Below are positions 30,679-39,262 of a stretch of 64,000 nucleotides of DNA, piece by piece (the first letter of the stretch is position 1; every line of letters starts with the position of its first letter). The DNA comes from a virus (lineage: Duplodnaviria > Caudoviricetes). The translations under genes and the position numbers were made by a program. The notes under the pieces are model-generated. The model had not been told where the DNA came from. It saw only the letters and a program-made list of their open reading frames with translations, and ran no database searches. The stretch is from positions 1 to 64,000 of IMG/VR virus record IMGVR_UViG_3300050343_000266; one strand, given 5' to 3'.

Positions 30679-30712
30679 ATAGGTTGGTGATAGGCGTTGC
30701 TTATAACCCCAT

Positions 30713-31516
30713 ATGAATCAAATGAACGTGTTAACTCTGGCTGAAAAGACTAGGCGGCTTTTCAAGTCCAAAGTCAAAGACTCCACTTACAGCAACTGGC
30801 TTAAGGCAGTCGGACCTATTAGTAATCTGACGCTTGATCAGATTACAAATGATGTAGTTCTTGAACAGCGCATGTACTGGCTTGAACAAACCAGTGAAGG
30901 CACAGCAAAAACTCGGCTCAGCAGTCTAAAAGCAATCTGGAACAAAGCATTGATGATTCATTTGATTCCAGGCAACAAAGCAGATAACCCTTGGTTGACT
31001 GCTGACTATGGATTAACAATTCCAGAACGAGATCCTGAGTTTTATCCATGGGAATACTACGAGCAGTATCACAACGATCCTTACTTCGTCATTCTCTGGT
31101 TCACGGGTGCACGCATCGGTGAGGTTGCGGGGATGGATACAAAGATGATTGTCAGGGACGCAGGCATTCCATACTTTCAGTTCATAGATCAAGAGAACAG
31201 AGACATTAAAAACAAACCTTCAAAAAGAAAAGTTCCTATTCACCCTGCCTGTGAACACGTGCTTGATGACTTTAGGCAGTCAAAAGCAAAATGCCCTGGA
31301 GCAAGCTGGAGTGAAAACTTTAGAAAGAATATGCAGCTACCTGAATTTGAAGCAGCACATACCCTCAGGCATAGCTTTCACACTCGGTGTCGTGATGTAG
31401 AGATTGAAGAATATATGATTGATATCCTTACAGGCCATGCCAAAGCAAGCACTACTGCACAGTATGGCAAAACTCGCTTGCATTTATTAGAGAAGGCAAT
31501 CAAGAAGCTACGTTAA
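30713..31516 (+). CDS. Tyrosine recombinase/integrase
   Basis: TGARIGE (R), IKN (K), HTLRH (HxxR), LTGH and TAQYG (Y) are all present. Confidence 0.9.
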   Translation: MNQMNVLTLAEKTRRLFKSKVKDSTYSNWLKAVGPISNLTLDQITNDVVLEQRMYWLEQTSEGTAKTRLSSLKAIWNKALMIHLIPGNKADNPWLTADYGLTIPERDPEFYPWEYYEQYHNDPYFVILWFTGARIGEVAGMDTKMIVRDAGIPYFQFIDQENRDIKNKPSKRKVPIHPACEHVLDDFRQSKAKCPGASWSENFRKNMQLPEFEAAHTLRHSFHTRCRDVEIEEYMIDILTGHAKASTTAQYGKTRLHLLEKAIKKLR

Positions 31517-31620
31517 CTACCGTAGTTTTCTATATACCTGCTTTTTAATCCCCTGTGGCCTCTGCGCTATAGGGGTATTTTTTTATCAGTATATAGATAG
31601 CAGCGTAGTTAGCGTAGCTT
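31505..31620. repeat. Long imperfect inverted-repeat element, copy A
   Basis: AAGCTACGTTAACTAC ... GTAGTTAGCGTAGCTT arms (15/16 complementary) with inner TATATA and CCCCT/AGGGG symmetry. Confidence 0.8.
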
Positions 31621-31668
31621 CGGTGTTAAATAGTTAGAATATATTTAGTTAAGTAAAATCGGACAACT

Positions 31669-31809
31669 ATGGCTATCTTAGAATCGGCTATCTTCTGGAT
31701 CGTGCTTGCTGCTGCAAGTGAAATTATTGCGTTGACTCCACTTAAGTCGAACAGCATGATTCAGCTTGCGTTGTCGGCGCTGAATTCGTTAAAGCCAAAA
31801 AAGAGTTGA
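31669..31809 (+). CDS. Small membrane protein (holin-like, 46 aa, not in the ORF track)
   Basis: MAILESAIFWIVLAAASEIIALTPLKSNSMIQLALSALNSLKPKKS. Confidence 0.6.
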   Translation: MAILESAIFWIVLAAASEIIALTPLKSNSMIQLALSALNSLKPKKS

Positions 31810-32060
31810 GCAATGTTCCCGGTGATGGGAAATGGCTCTGGCAATTTGACACTCGTTCAGACTTCGAACGAGCTCAACGCTACATTCAAAAAAAGAAGTT
31901 CAACGCCACCCTTACTAATAAGCTTGACCAGGCTGAGGAAGAGTGGAATCAAACGCAGCCAACTGAGGAACCTACGTGGGAGATCTCAGAAAAAGGGACG
32001 TTTGGCACAGACGGATGGTCCATTTCAACCCGTTATAAACATCTACGAGCAGATGATTGA
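31806..32060 (+). CDS. Hypothetical protein
   Basis: Start and stop overlap both neighbours. Confidence 0.5.
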   Translation: MSNVPGDGKWLWQFDTRSDFERAQRYIQKKKFNATLTNKLDQAEEEWNQTQPTEEPTWEISEKGTFGTDGWSISTRYKHLRADD

Positions 32061-32292
32061 AACCGCCATTCCTGTTGTCATTGCAATTGTTACGGGCACA
32101 GCTGTGCTCTTCAACAAAGTTGGCAATCGAGTCACAGTATTAGATACAAGGGTAGACCGATTGGAGTTAAAACTAGCTGAGTCTTATACATCGAAGCAAG
32201 AATTTACAGCCGCCATGGGACGGATGGAAGATCATTTGATTCGCATCGAAGACAAGATGGATATGCTGGTTACCATTAATCGCACTACATAA
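32053..32292 (+). CDS. Transmembrane plus coiled-coil protein (lysis-associated type)
   Basis: MIETAIPVVIAIVTGTAVLF followed by heptad repeats. Confidence 0.55.
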   Translation: MIETAIPVVIAIVTGTAVLFNKVGNRVTVLDTRVDRLELKLAESYTSKQEFTAAMGRMEDHLIRIEDKMDMLVTINRTT

Positions 32293-32346
32293 TTACAGAA
32301 GAGACAAGTCTTAAGTAAAGTAAAGGCAGTTGCGAAGAACAACTAC

Positions 32347-32799
32347 ATGGGAATTGCTGAAGACTGGAAGGACTTAATGTTCGACCTCACTTGCTTATCT
32401 AAGCAGAGTGCCAAGCGCAGATTTAAAAAGTCAATTAAGTATGGATGGGGTGGCCTCTGCGGATATTGCAGATGCAATCGAGCAACCACACTGGACCACA
32501 TAAAGCCAAAATCCAAAGGCGGAGATAGCCGAAGGGGTAATCTCCTGCCCTGCTGCCTTGAGTGTAATCACTCCAAAGGAAGTGAACCTTGGTTAGTATG
32601 GTTTCAAAGGCAGTCTTTTTATAATGAAACTGCGAAAGAACTAATTGAAGAATGGATCTCAAACAAACGTTTTATAGAGGAAGAGTTAGCTGATGGAAGT
32701 CCTAACAGTCGAACAACGGTTTGCCTTAACAAGAGCTCGTTACGAGGTATCTCGGATGAGCCGTCCAGCCTTAGAAAAGACTGCTTTGCGTCTGCTTAA
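32347..32799 (+). CDS. HNH endonuclease
   Basis: CGYC...TLDHIKPKSKGG...NLLPCCLECNHSKG, intact. Confidence 0.9.
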   Translation: MGIAEDWKDLMFDLTCLSKQSAKRRFKKSIKYGWGGLCGYCRCNRATTLDHIKPKSKGGDSRRGNLLPCCLECNHSKGSEPWLVWFQRQSFYNETAKELIEEWISNKRFIEEELADGSPNSRTTVCLNKSSLRGISDEPSSLRKDCFASA

Positions 32800-33016
32800 G
32801 TCCCGCATGGAACTTAAGAACGGAACACAAAACACACTACTTAAAGCAGGGATCATGTTCAAAATTGATGAGCATCAGGCTGGCTTACCTGAGATCATTA
32901 GTGAAGAAACTTTTATGGAGCTCTTACTAAGAGCAGACGATGATTTGCCAACAAGTATTGACGATCAGGAATATGAGAATGACGATCTAGATGATGATGG
33001 TCTTATGATTGGTTAA
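32693..33016 (+). CDS. Hypothetical protein, N-terminus with an NblA-like pattern (uncertain)
   Basis: LTVEQRFAL...VSRMSRPAL; acidic tail. Confidence 0.45.
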   Translation: MEVLTVEQRFALTRARYEVSRMSRPALEKTALRLLKSRMELKNGTQNTLLKAGIMFKIDEHQAGLPEIISEETFMELLLRADDDLPTSIDDQEYENDDLDDDGLMIG

Positions 33017-33050
33017 AGTTAGCTAGACTTCGACTAGTTAATATTTACTT

Positions 33051-33275
33051 ATGGAATATATTTTAGGGCCAGTATTAGCTGTTGCTTTGAGTATTAAATT
33101 TACTGCTGAGAAAAGCAAGGTTATGGAAAAGCGTATCGCTGCTTTGGAAGCGAACATAGAACTCATGGAAAGTTCTTCTACAACGATGCAATCAGAAATG
33201 CCAAAACGCATGCTTGCAACAATCGTTCCTCTTGCACAAGCAGTAAAGAAATTAAATGAGCAAGTTGGTATATGA
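33051..33275 (+). CDS. Small transmembrane plus coiled-coil protein
   Basis: 74-aa ORF. Confidence 0.5.
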   Translation: MEYILGPVLAVALSIKFTAEKSKVMEKRIAALEANIELMESSSTTMQSEMPKRMLATIVPLAQAVKKLNEQVGI

Positions 33276-33469
33276 ACGTAGGGCAAGCTAAAAAGATTGC
33301 ATTTGGAAGCCAGCCATCAAATAACTTGCAAGAATATTTTGATGCATGGCAGTGGCTATATGACAACAAGATTGAGCTAAAAGAACCAGACATAAGCTAC
33401 TTAGATAAACTAATCTGTGATGGCTCAGTGATCCCTAGAGAAGGATACTTCGATATACTAGACAAGTAG
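33272..33469 (+). CDS. Hypothetical protein
   Basis: ATGA overlap with the upstream gene. Confidence 0.5.
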   Translation: MNVGQAKKIAFGSQPSNNLQEYFDAWQWLYDNKIELKEPDISYLDKLICDGSVIPREGYFDILDK

Positions 33470-33482
33470 TCGTAAAGATACT

Positions 33483-33815
33483 GTGAAAAGTGCTGGCTTA
33501 AGAAATAAACCGCTTGATCGGCGCTACTTACGTGATGACGAACGTGAAGCCTATGACGCAAGCGGTGACTATAACGCCCGTGCAAGTGCATTAAAACGAA
33601 CGAAAGCTTATAAAGGACAGATGGCCTACGCGCAAAATCGTCCGATCAGGACTGTTACAACACGTCCTGGTACAGGTGGTCAGAACTCAGGCATTGGTAT
33701 TCAACGTCAGCGTAAAGTCAATCAAGCAATGGCTAACGAACGCTCAGCTGATTTACGTCCAGAAATGAATGACACACCCAATATTTACGAACAGCTTGAT
33801 ACACGTTACGGGTAA
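33483..33815 (+). CDS. Hypothetical basic protein
   Basis: 110-aa ORF ending before a terminator. Confidence 0.5.
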   Translation: MKSAGLRNKPLDRRYLRDDEREAYDASGDYNARASALKRTKAYKGQMAYAQNRPIRTVTTRPGTGGQNSGIGIQRQRKVNQAMANERSADLRPEMNDTPNIYEQLDTRYG

Positions 33816-33876
33816 ACAATAAAAAAACCTCCGCGTTAGCGAAGGCTTAAGACTCTTCCATTGATCAGCTTAGCGA

Positions 33877-34248
33877 TCAGAAGCGGTAGGTAGCACCAAT
33901 CTTGGTACCCAGTGAGAGGGTATCCACGTCAAACTCTTGGTCTTCTGTGATGAATGCAACTTCTCCGTAGAGTTCAAATGATTCTGAGACATCGGCAATA
34001 ACACCAAACTTACCAGACACTTCAGTCTCAAGCTCTTCATCTTCAATAGAGATAAAAGCAGGACCTGCCTGTACATAAAGGCTAACATTTTCGCTAGCTT
34101 CAAACTCATAACCAGCGTGGACTTCAGTCACTGCACCTTCAAACTCGTTGCCTACCCAACCTGCATTGTTCTCCACGTTGGCGTAGGGACCAGCAAAAGC
34201 GGGAGCTGACAGTACAGACAAAGCTGCAATAGTAATAATAGATTTCAT
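33877..34248 (-). CDS. Small outer-membrane beta-barrel-like protein with a signal peptide
   Basis: AFA cleavage site, alternating beta-strands, C-terminal GTKIGATYRF barrel signature. Confidence 0.75.
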   Translation of the reverse strand: MKSIITIAALSVLSAPAFAGPYANVENNAGWVGNEFEGAVTEVHAGYEFEASENVSLYVQAGPAFISIEDEELETEVSGKFGVIADVSESFELYGEVAFITEDQEFDVDTLSLGTKIGATYRF

Positions 34249-34366
34249 AATTAAACTAACTAGTATGGATAGCGATTTATACTTATCGCTCTCAATATTA
34301 TATGTACTAAATAAACAAAAAAAGACCCCCGCTGTTAAGCGAGGGACAGATAATTAATTGTATAAA

Positions 34367-34549
34367 TTAGTGGCAGTAACTTACGCCACGGTATGTAAAA
34401 CAACCATGGCGTTCTTTTGTAGCAGTGGCTTTGATAGTTGGGATACCACGGTAACGTGTCTCAGACATGCGATGAACACGTAGTTCGTTCTGTGCACGAA
34501 GGTACTCTTTGCGAGCATTTTCGACAGCACGTGCTTGTAATTGGGTCAT
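34367..34549 (-). CDS. DUF4278-family small protein
   Basis: Two YRG motifs (TRYRGIPT, FTYRGVSY); directly downstream of the riboswitch; GGAG RBS. Confidence 0.8.
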   Translation of the reverse strand: MTQLQARAVENARKEYLRAQNELRVHRMSETRYRGIPTIKATATKERHGCFTYRGVSYCH

Positions 34550-34575
34550 TGGAAACTCCATAGTGAGGTGTAGTT

Positions 34576-34636
34576 TCCCGTTCCTTCCCGCCATTCGTGC
34601 GGTACTTGCGTCTCCTAATGTTAGGAGATGAACGTA
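34576..34636 (-). ncRNA. Glutamine-II riboswitch (Downstream-peptide motif)
   Basis: The minus strand reads CGTTCATCTCCTAACATTAGGAGACGCAAGTACCGCACGAATGGCGGGAAGGAACGGG, with the CGTTCA...GACGCAAGT...GGAACGGG core and two internal hairpins. Confidence 0.85.
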
Positions 34637-34810
34637 TCTATAGTTGCTAGCTAACAGGGACTTCCCCACAACTCGCAGGGAAGAATAATTACTCAGAGAG
34701 AAGCAGCAGAAATCTCTGAAACCTAAAGTGCACCCTGACGCTGCTCTTCTTCAGATGCATATTTAGTCTAATAAATTTAATAGAATAGTAAGAGATTTAG
34801 TATTAAACAG

Positions 34811-36433
34811 ATGGGCAAGAAGAACAGAGGTGGAAATAAAGGCGGTGGGAGAAGGGGAGGCTCATCACCTAAGTCATCACCTAAGCCGTCACGGAGTCCA
34901 TCACGGAGTCCATCACGCAATTCTTCACCAAGTCCTTCACGCAGTCCATCACGTAGTCCTTCACGGAGTCCTTCATCAAGTCCAGCACCAGCTAGGCAGC
35001 AAGCTAAAGCAGCAGCTCAAATGAGCGTTAAAGATCGTAGGGCAGGTGCAAAAGCTGCTGGTGTAAGCCTTAGGGATTTCAAGCAAGGTAAGACTGGAGC
35101 AAACGCTGTTGCTAGAAAAACTGCTCAAGTTAATAAAAGAAACCCTCAAAGCTATGGAAGTGGTGGAAATAATAGTTTTAGTAACGCTCAATTGGCAGGT
35201 AATAGTAAAGGTGGTGGCTTAGTTAAAGCCAGACGTAACGCAGCACAAAACGCTGGAATGTCTATGACAGACTATAAAGCTGGAGTAAAAGGTGGATCAA
35301 TTGATAAGCATGGTAGAGCCAAAACAGGCGGTGGCATGACTAACCAAAGTGGTGGAAGTGCTTGGGACAATCTATATAAAAACTTTAACCAAGGCGAATG
35401 GGATGCAGAAGTAGCGGCTAACGAGAAGGAATACTATAAAAACAGCCCTAACAGTGGGATGAAAAGAGGCTGGCAGGGTGCACAGTTAGGTAAAAATGGA
35501 TTCACGATGGATTCAAATAACGTAAATATGATTCCAGCATTAGGGAAATACGGATTTAAAGCAGGGGATTTTGCGTTTGATCCTGATGGCTATGGAATTC
35601 ACGATGAAAACAAAGATGGCAGAGAGGGCGCTGGAATTACAGGACGTATTTCATACGTCAGTAAAGGTGGCGGAGTACATATGGAACGTGATGGCTCTGG
35701 AAGCATTAATCCAAACTGGGATAAATACTCTAAATCCGGTTCAGCGAGGATGAGTTCAGAAGGATTGTATCAAGATAAATATAACGTCGGCTATCACGGT
35801 GCGGATGATAAAGGTGAGGATTATGCATCTACTTCAAACCTAGGAGATATTGGTAGCTATTTTAAAGGCTTCAACCAAGGAGATAAATCATTTGGTGAAG
35901 CATACCACGGGTGGGCTGGTGGAAATCGCAAAGATGGGTATGCAGGTGATGTCCTAAAGTTTATTGATCAGGGACACATGAAGGTCAGCGATGATGACTA
36001 CAACATGCTTGTTACTGATGCATCGAATTACGACTGGGGCAATCGTAATGAAATTGCAGGTAGAGACGCTGGCAGCTCTACTTATGATTCACGATCAGGC
36101 GGTGAATCACAGAACAACATAACTGCTAATGAAAACTTCTATAAGAATAGAGATGCTGGTTATCATATGGCTGGCTCTATGGATCATGAACAAGCTGCTG
36201 CTAAGTATGGAAATACTTCTCAAAACTTTGGAAGCCAAGAATCAGACTTTGCTGCACCGACTCAAGCTGCTAGTAATTTTGAAATGCCTACTGTTCAACA
36301 AAGTATGGGACCCCAGTACCAAGGCTGGCAGGAACAGATGGGGAGCACATCCCAAAGTCCATATGCTACTAGAAGTAAGTCTAGTAAAATGAACTTTAAC
36401 TTTAGCCCTTACAAATTCCAGCAAGGACAGTAG
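34811..36433 (+). CDS. Gly/Ser-rich low-complexity protein with (SPSR)n repeats; possible internal virion protein
   Basis: 540-aa ORF starting MGKKNRGGNKGGGRRGG. Confidence 0.65.
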   Translation: MGKKNRGGNKGGGRRGGSSPKSSPKPSRSPSRSPSRNSSPSPSRSPSRSPSRSPSSSPAPARQQAKAAAQMSVKDRRAGAKAAGVSLRDFKQGKTGANAVARKTAQVNKRNPQSYGSGGNNSFSNAQLAGNSKGGGLVKARRNAAQNAGMSMTDYKAGVKGGSIDKHGRAKTGGGMTNQSGGSAWDNLYKNFNQGEWDAEVAANEKEYYKNSPNSGMKRGWQGAQLGKNGFTMDSNNVNMIPALGKYGFKAGDFAFDPDGYGIHDENKDGREGAGITGRISYVSKGGGVHMERDGSGSINPNWDKYSKSGSARMSSEGLYQDKYNVGYHGADDKGEDYASTSNLGDIGSYFKGFNQGDKSFGEAYHGWAGGNRKDGYAGDVLKFIDQGHMKVSDDDYNMLVTDASNYDWGNRNEIAGRDAGSSTYDSRSGGESQNNITANENFYKNRDAGYHMAGSMDHEQAAAKYGNTSQNFGSQESDFAAPTQAASNFEMPTVQQSMGPQYQGWQEQMGSTSQSPYATRSKSSKMNFNFSPYKFQQGQ

Positions 36434-36619
36434 TTATTTAGATTTACGTCCAAAGTCAAATTCAAATATAGCTCCTTGTAGAAATGGCTTAAGACAGAAA
36501 AGTTCTTCTTGATCTATTTCTCCTTGACCAGTCCATTTTTCTAATGTATATGACACAGCTGAATGGAGCGCACGAATAGCACGCTCATCAAATACACATG
36601 AGACTGATGGTTCATCCAT
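36434..36619 (-). CDS. Hypothetical protein
   Basis: 61-aa ORF. Confidence 0.5.
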   Translation of the reverse strand: MDEPSVSCVFDERAIRALHSAVSYTLEKWTGQGEIDQEELFCLKPFLQGAIFEFDFGRKSK

Positions 36620-36633
36620 AGATATTATTATAT

Positions 36634-37935
36634 CTAGTGAGTAGCCGCCCAGTTCTCACCATGGTCAGCAGATGCAGCCATTGGTACGCGCAGGTTGTAG
36701 TACTTACCAGCTTCAGGCGCTGCTGCTTCTAACAATCGTTTCATACGATCAACCTCTGCAGGTACTACAGACATCTGTACTTCATCATGTACGTAAGCAC
36801 AGCGTGTGTAGTCACGGTCATAGGTAAGTCCCGCATCATCTAACATCTGCTGTCCAATTACCACCCATCGCTTGGAGATGATTGCTCCGGCAGACTGAAG
36901 TAAGAAGTTGGGACTACTGTGCTCAGCACGACAGAATATAGGACGCCCATCAAGGCCCCTAAGACGACCAGTTGAGCGAACTTTAAGTTTAACTGCATCT
37001 ACTAATGGCTCCAATCCAGGGATAGCGTCAAGGAATTTGCGGCGGAGTTCACCGCCAAGTGTTTTCTTCTGTGCATCTGACAGCTCAGGCTGCAGACTAT
37101 GGCCAAGCTTTACGTCACCTGCACCATATATAAACGCATACGTGAGCGTCTTGACTTGTGTACGTGTACATCCAACACGGTCAGCATTCTGCTGGTGGAT
37201 GTCACCGTTGACAACAACTTCAGCGAAGGAGCCCGAATCGAAAGCGGCTAGATAGTGCCCTAACAGGCGCAATTCAAGTCCTTCAAGGTCAGCTCCGACC
37301 ATTACATGACCAGGGTGTGGAACAAATAGTTCACGTGCCCACGGTGCACTTACCACCTGGCCCAAGTTGGGACCCCGATGCACATTTCTAGATGTTTGAG
37401 TAGCAAGAATGCAGCTGTGGTGGATACAGCTATCCCCCTCAATAGAGTTAAACCAAGAGTTGGTTCCCTCGGATAGCTGACCAAGCCACTTCTGTAATGT
37501 CAACAAACGGATAAACATCTCACATTCGTCATGCAGTTGCTGATTGCCAGTAGACAATGCAATGTCTCTTACTTCAGAGAGAGTTGCCTCATCAACTTTT
37601 GGCTTACCAGTCTCAGTAACTTTAGTGAAGCGTGCACCACGGAATGTTTGCAAAGCCCAGACAATATTTAGGCGTGACGTAGGGTTGAAGTCAGTCAAGC
37701 GCGTCATAGAAGCACCTGCTACATAGCCTTTCTTTTTATCAGCACGCTTTGGAGTAAATACCTTACCAGGTACGTACAGATAGATTGATTTGATTTTAAT
37801 TGTTAGATCATCAAACTCTTGCTGCAGTTTTGTGCGTACACGTACAGCAGCCTCAGTATCAAATCTAAATCCACTTGCTTCCTGCTGAGCCATAAGCTCG
37901 GCCATCCGCATTTCAAGTGCAACGTAATCAGGCAT
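36634..37935 (-). CDS. polA: DNA polymerase family A, polymerase domain only
   Basis: Motif A DLEGLELR, motif B RTQVKTLTYAFIYGAG (Tyr at the 762-equivalent position), motif C VHDE, PNLGQV. Confidence 0.95.
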   Translation of the reverse strand: MPDYVALEMRMAELMAQQEASGFRFDTEAAVRVRTKLQQEFDDLTIKIKSIYLYVPGKVFTPKRADKKKGYVAGASMTRLTDFNPTSRLNIVWALQTFRGARFTKVTETGKPKVDEATLSEVRDIALSTGNQQLHDECEMFIRLLTLQKWLGQLSEGTNSWFNSIEGDSCIHHSCILATQTSRNVHRGPNLGQVVSAPWARELFVPHPGHVMVGADLEGLELRLLGHYLAAFDSGSFAEVVVNGDIHQQNADRVGCTRTQVKTLTYAFIYGAGDVKLGHSLQPELSDAQKKTLGGELRRKFLDAIPGLEPLVDAVKLKVRSTGRLRGLDGRPIFCRAEHSSPNFLLQSAGAIISKRWVVIGQQMLDDAGLTYDRDYTRCAYVHDEVQMSVVPAEVDRMKRLLEAAAPEAGKYYNLRVPMAASADHGENWAATH

Positions 37936-38167
37936 CTTTTTCATCATCCTTGTTGAATCCAAACGTAAGTTCTTTCTCTTTAGCCGCCCTGTCTGCTCGG
38001 TTCTTGTGTCCAAGCTTTGCTACAGACTCCATAACCTTGAGACAGTCTTCTGTAGTAGAGCCATCAGGCATACGTGTGTGAACAATGTTAAAGAGCGGAA
38101 AGAAGATCTCCGCTGCCTCTGTCATTTCTTCAGAGTTGAGTGGATCTGATTTCTTAGGAATAGTCAT
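37928..38167 (-). CDS. Hypothetical protein between the exonuclease and polymerase halves
   Basis: 79 aa; overlaps both neighbours. Confidence 0.65.
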   Translation of the reverse strand: MTIPKKSDPLNSEEMTEAAEIFFPLFNIVHTRMPDGSTTEDCLKVMESVAKLGHKNRADRAAKEKELTFGFNKDDEKDA

Positions 38168-38684
38168 TCATTCTCCTTTGCAATAGTTCGTATAGCTTTA
38201 CTGTTACTTTTGTATCTTGGATGCAATAGTCAAGCATCTCAGGAGTGTAAGTAGACCAGTCATTACTGGTGTTCTTAGCAAAGTCTCCTTTGAAGCACTT
38301 TAATCTATAGCCCCATGCTTCTAGGCTATGTGAGCCGTAGAGCCTTTGTGGCATTCCAATAGGTCTTCTTTCAAAATCTCGCTCACTAATGTGAGGATAA
38401 TACAAGCGAGACAGAGTAAGTGTGTCAAGGTAAGAACCTCTTGGTGCAAACTCTGGAAACTGTTCTTTAAGAAGTGGTACATCATATCCCAGAATATTGT
38501 GGCCAATAAGAACATCAGCTCGCTCAAGGGCTTTAACCCCTTGAATAACTGCACGTTCTGGTTTGTAGTCAAAGACTTCTGCTTCTTCTACATTAGCGAT
38601 ATCGCGAATCACAATACAGTGAATCGTAGAACCGACACGTAGTAAGCCAGTACTTTCAATATCAAATAATAGTTCAGTTGTCAT
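38154..38684 (-). CDS. Stand-alone 3'-5' exonuclease domain of polA
   Basis: ExoI FDIESTG, ExoII GHNILGYD, HSLEAWG, ExoIII YCIQD. Confidence 0.9.
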   Translation of the reverse strand: MTTELLFDIESTGLLRVGSTIHCIVIRDIANVEEAEVFDYKPERAVIQGVKALERADVLIGHNILGYDVPLLKEQFPEFAPRGSYLDTLTLSRLYYPHISERDFERRPIGMPQRLYGSHSLEAWGYRLKCFKGDFAKNTSNDWSTYTPEMLDYCIQDTKVTVKLYELLQRRMNDYS

Positions 38685-39204
38685 GGATTGTTTCTACCGC
38701 TGGTTTATCTGTGGATGGATCTGGATATAATTTTTTATCAATTTTTCTGTTGGCATGTTTGTTAACCGAAAGCCTAGGATCCTCATCTTCAAAATGAGGT
38801 TCAATAGCAATGTCTAGTTCACGTGCCAGCCGTGCTGCTCTACGGAATTCATCCTTGTAGTATGGCTCCCAGTCAGACGCAAGTACAACAATCTTTCTAA
38901 TGCCCATGATGTGCGCCTGAAAAACAGATGCAGAGAAGGGGTATCGCGTTGAGTAAATAGTTGCACCAGTCATAGGAGTTCCGCGCTTGCATGCACCAGC
39001 AATGGCATAACAAACAGGATCTATTTCTACGTGAGAGTCCGTTAGGAGTGAGCGTCCATCACCCATGATCTCTCGATCACGAACGATGACACACCCACCA
39101 GGACATGATGGATGTGTTGAGGCAGCGCCAACAGCTTTAGCAATATCAATGAAATGTTGCTCCTTGTTTTTTATATAAGTGGGATCACCTTTGGGTGCTG
39201 TCAT
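38674..39204 (-). CDS. dCMP/cytidine deaminase-fold protein lacking the canonical Zn ligands
   Basis: FIDIAKAVG..S...GCVIVRD.EIMGDG, GATIYSTRYP, GIRKIVV. HAE is replaced by DPV and PCxxC by PFSAS. Confidence 0.75.
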   Translation of the reverse strand: MTAPKGDPTYIKNKEQHFIDIAKAVGAASTHPSCPGGCVIVRDREIMGDGRSLLTDSHVEIDPVCYAIAGACKRGTPMTGATIYSTRYPFSASVFQAHIMGIRKIVVLASDWEPYYKDEFRRAARLARELDIAIEPHFEDEDPRLSVNKHANRKIDKKLYPDPSTDKPAVETIHDN

Positions 39205-39262
39205 ATCACATTTAAGAGTCGATACTCTTATATTAGGTAGTGAAACATATGATTGCGGATAC

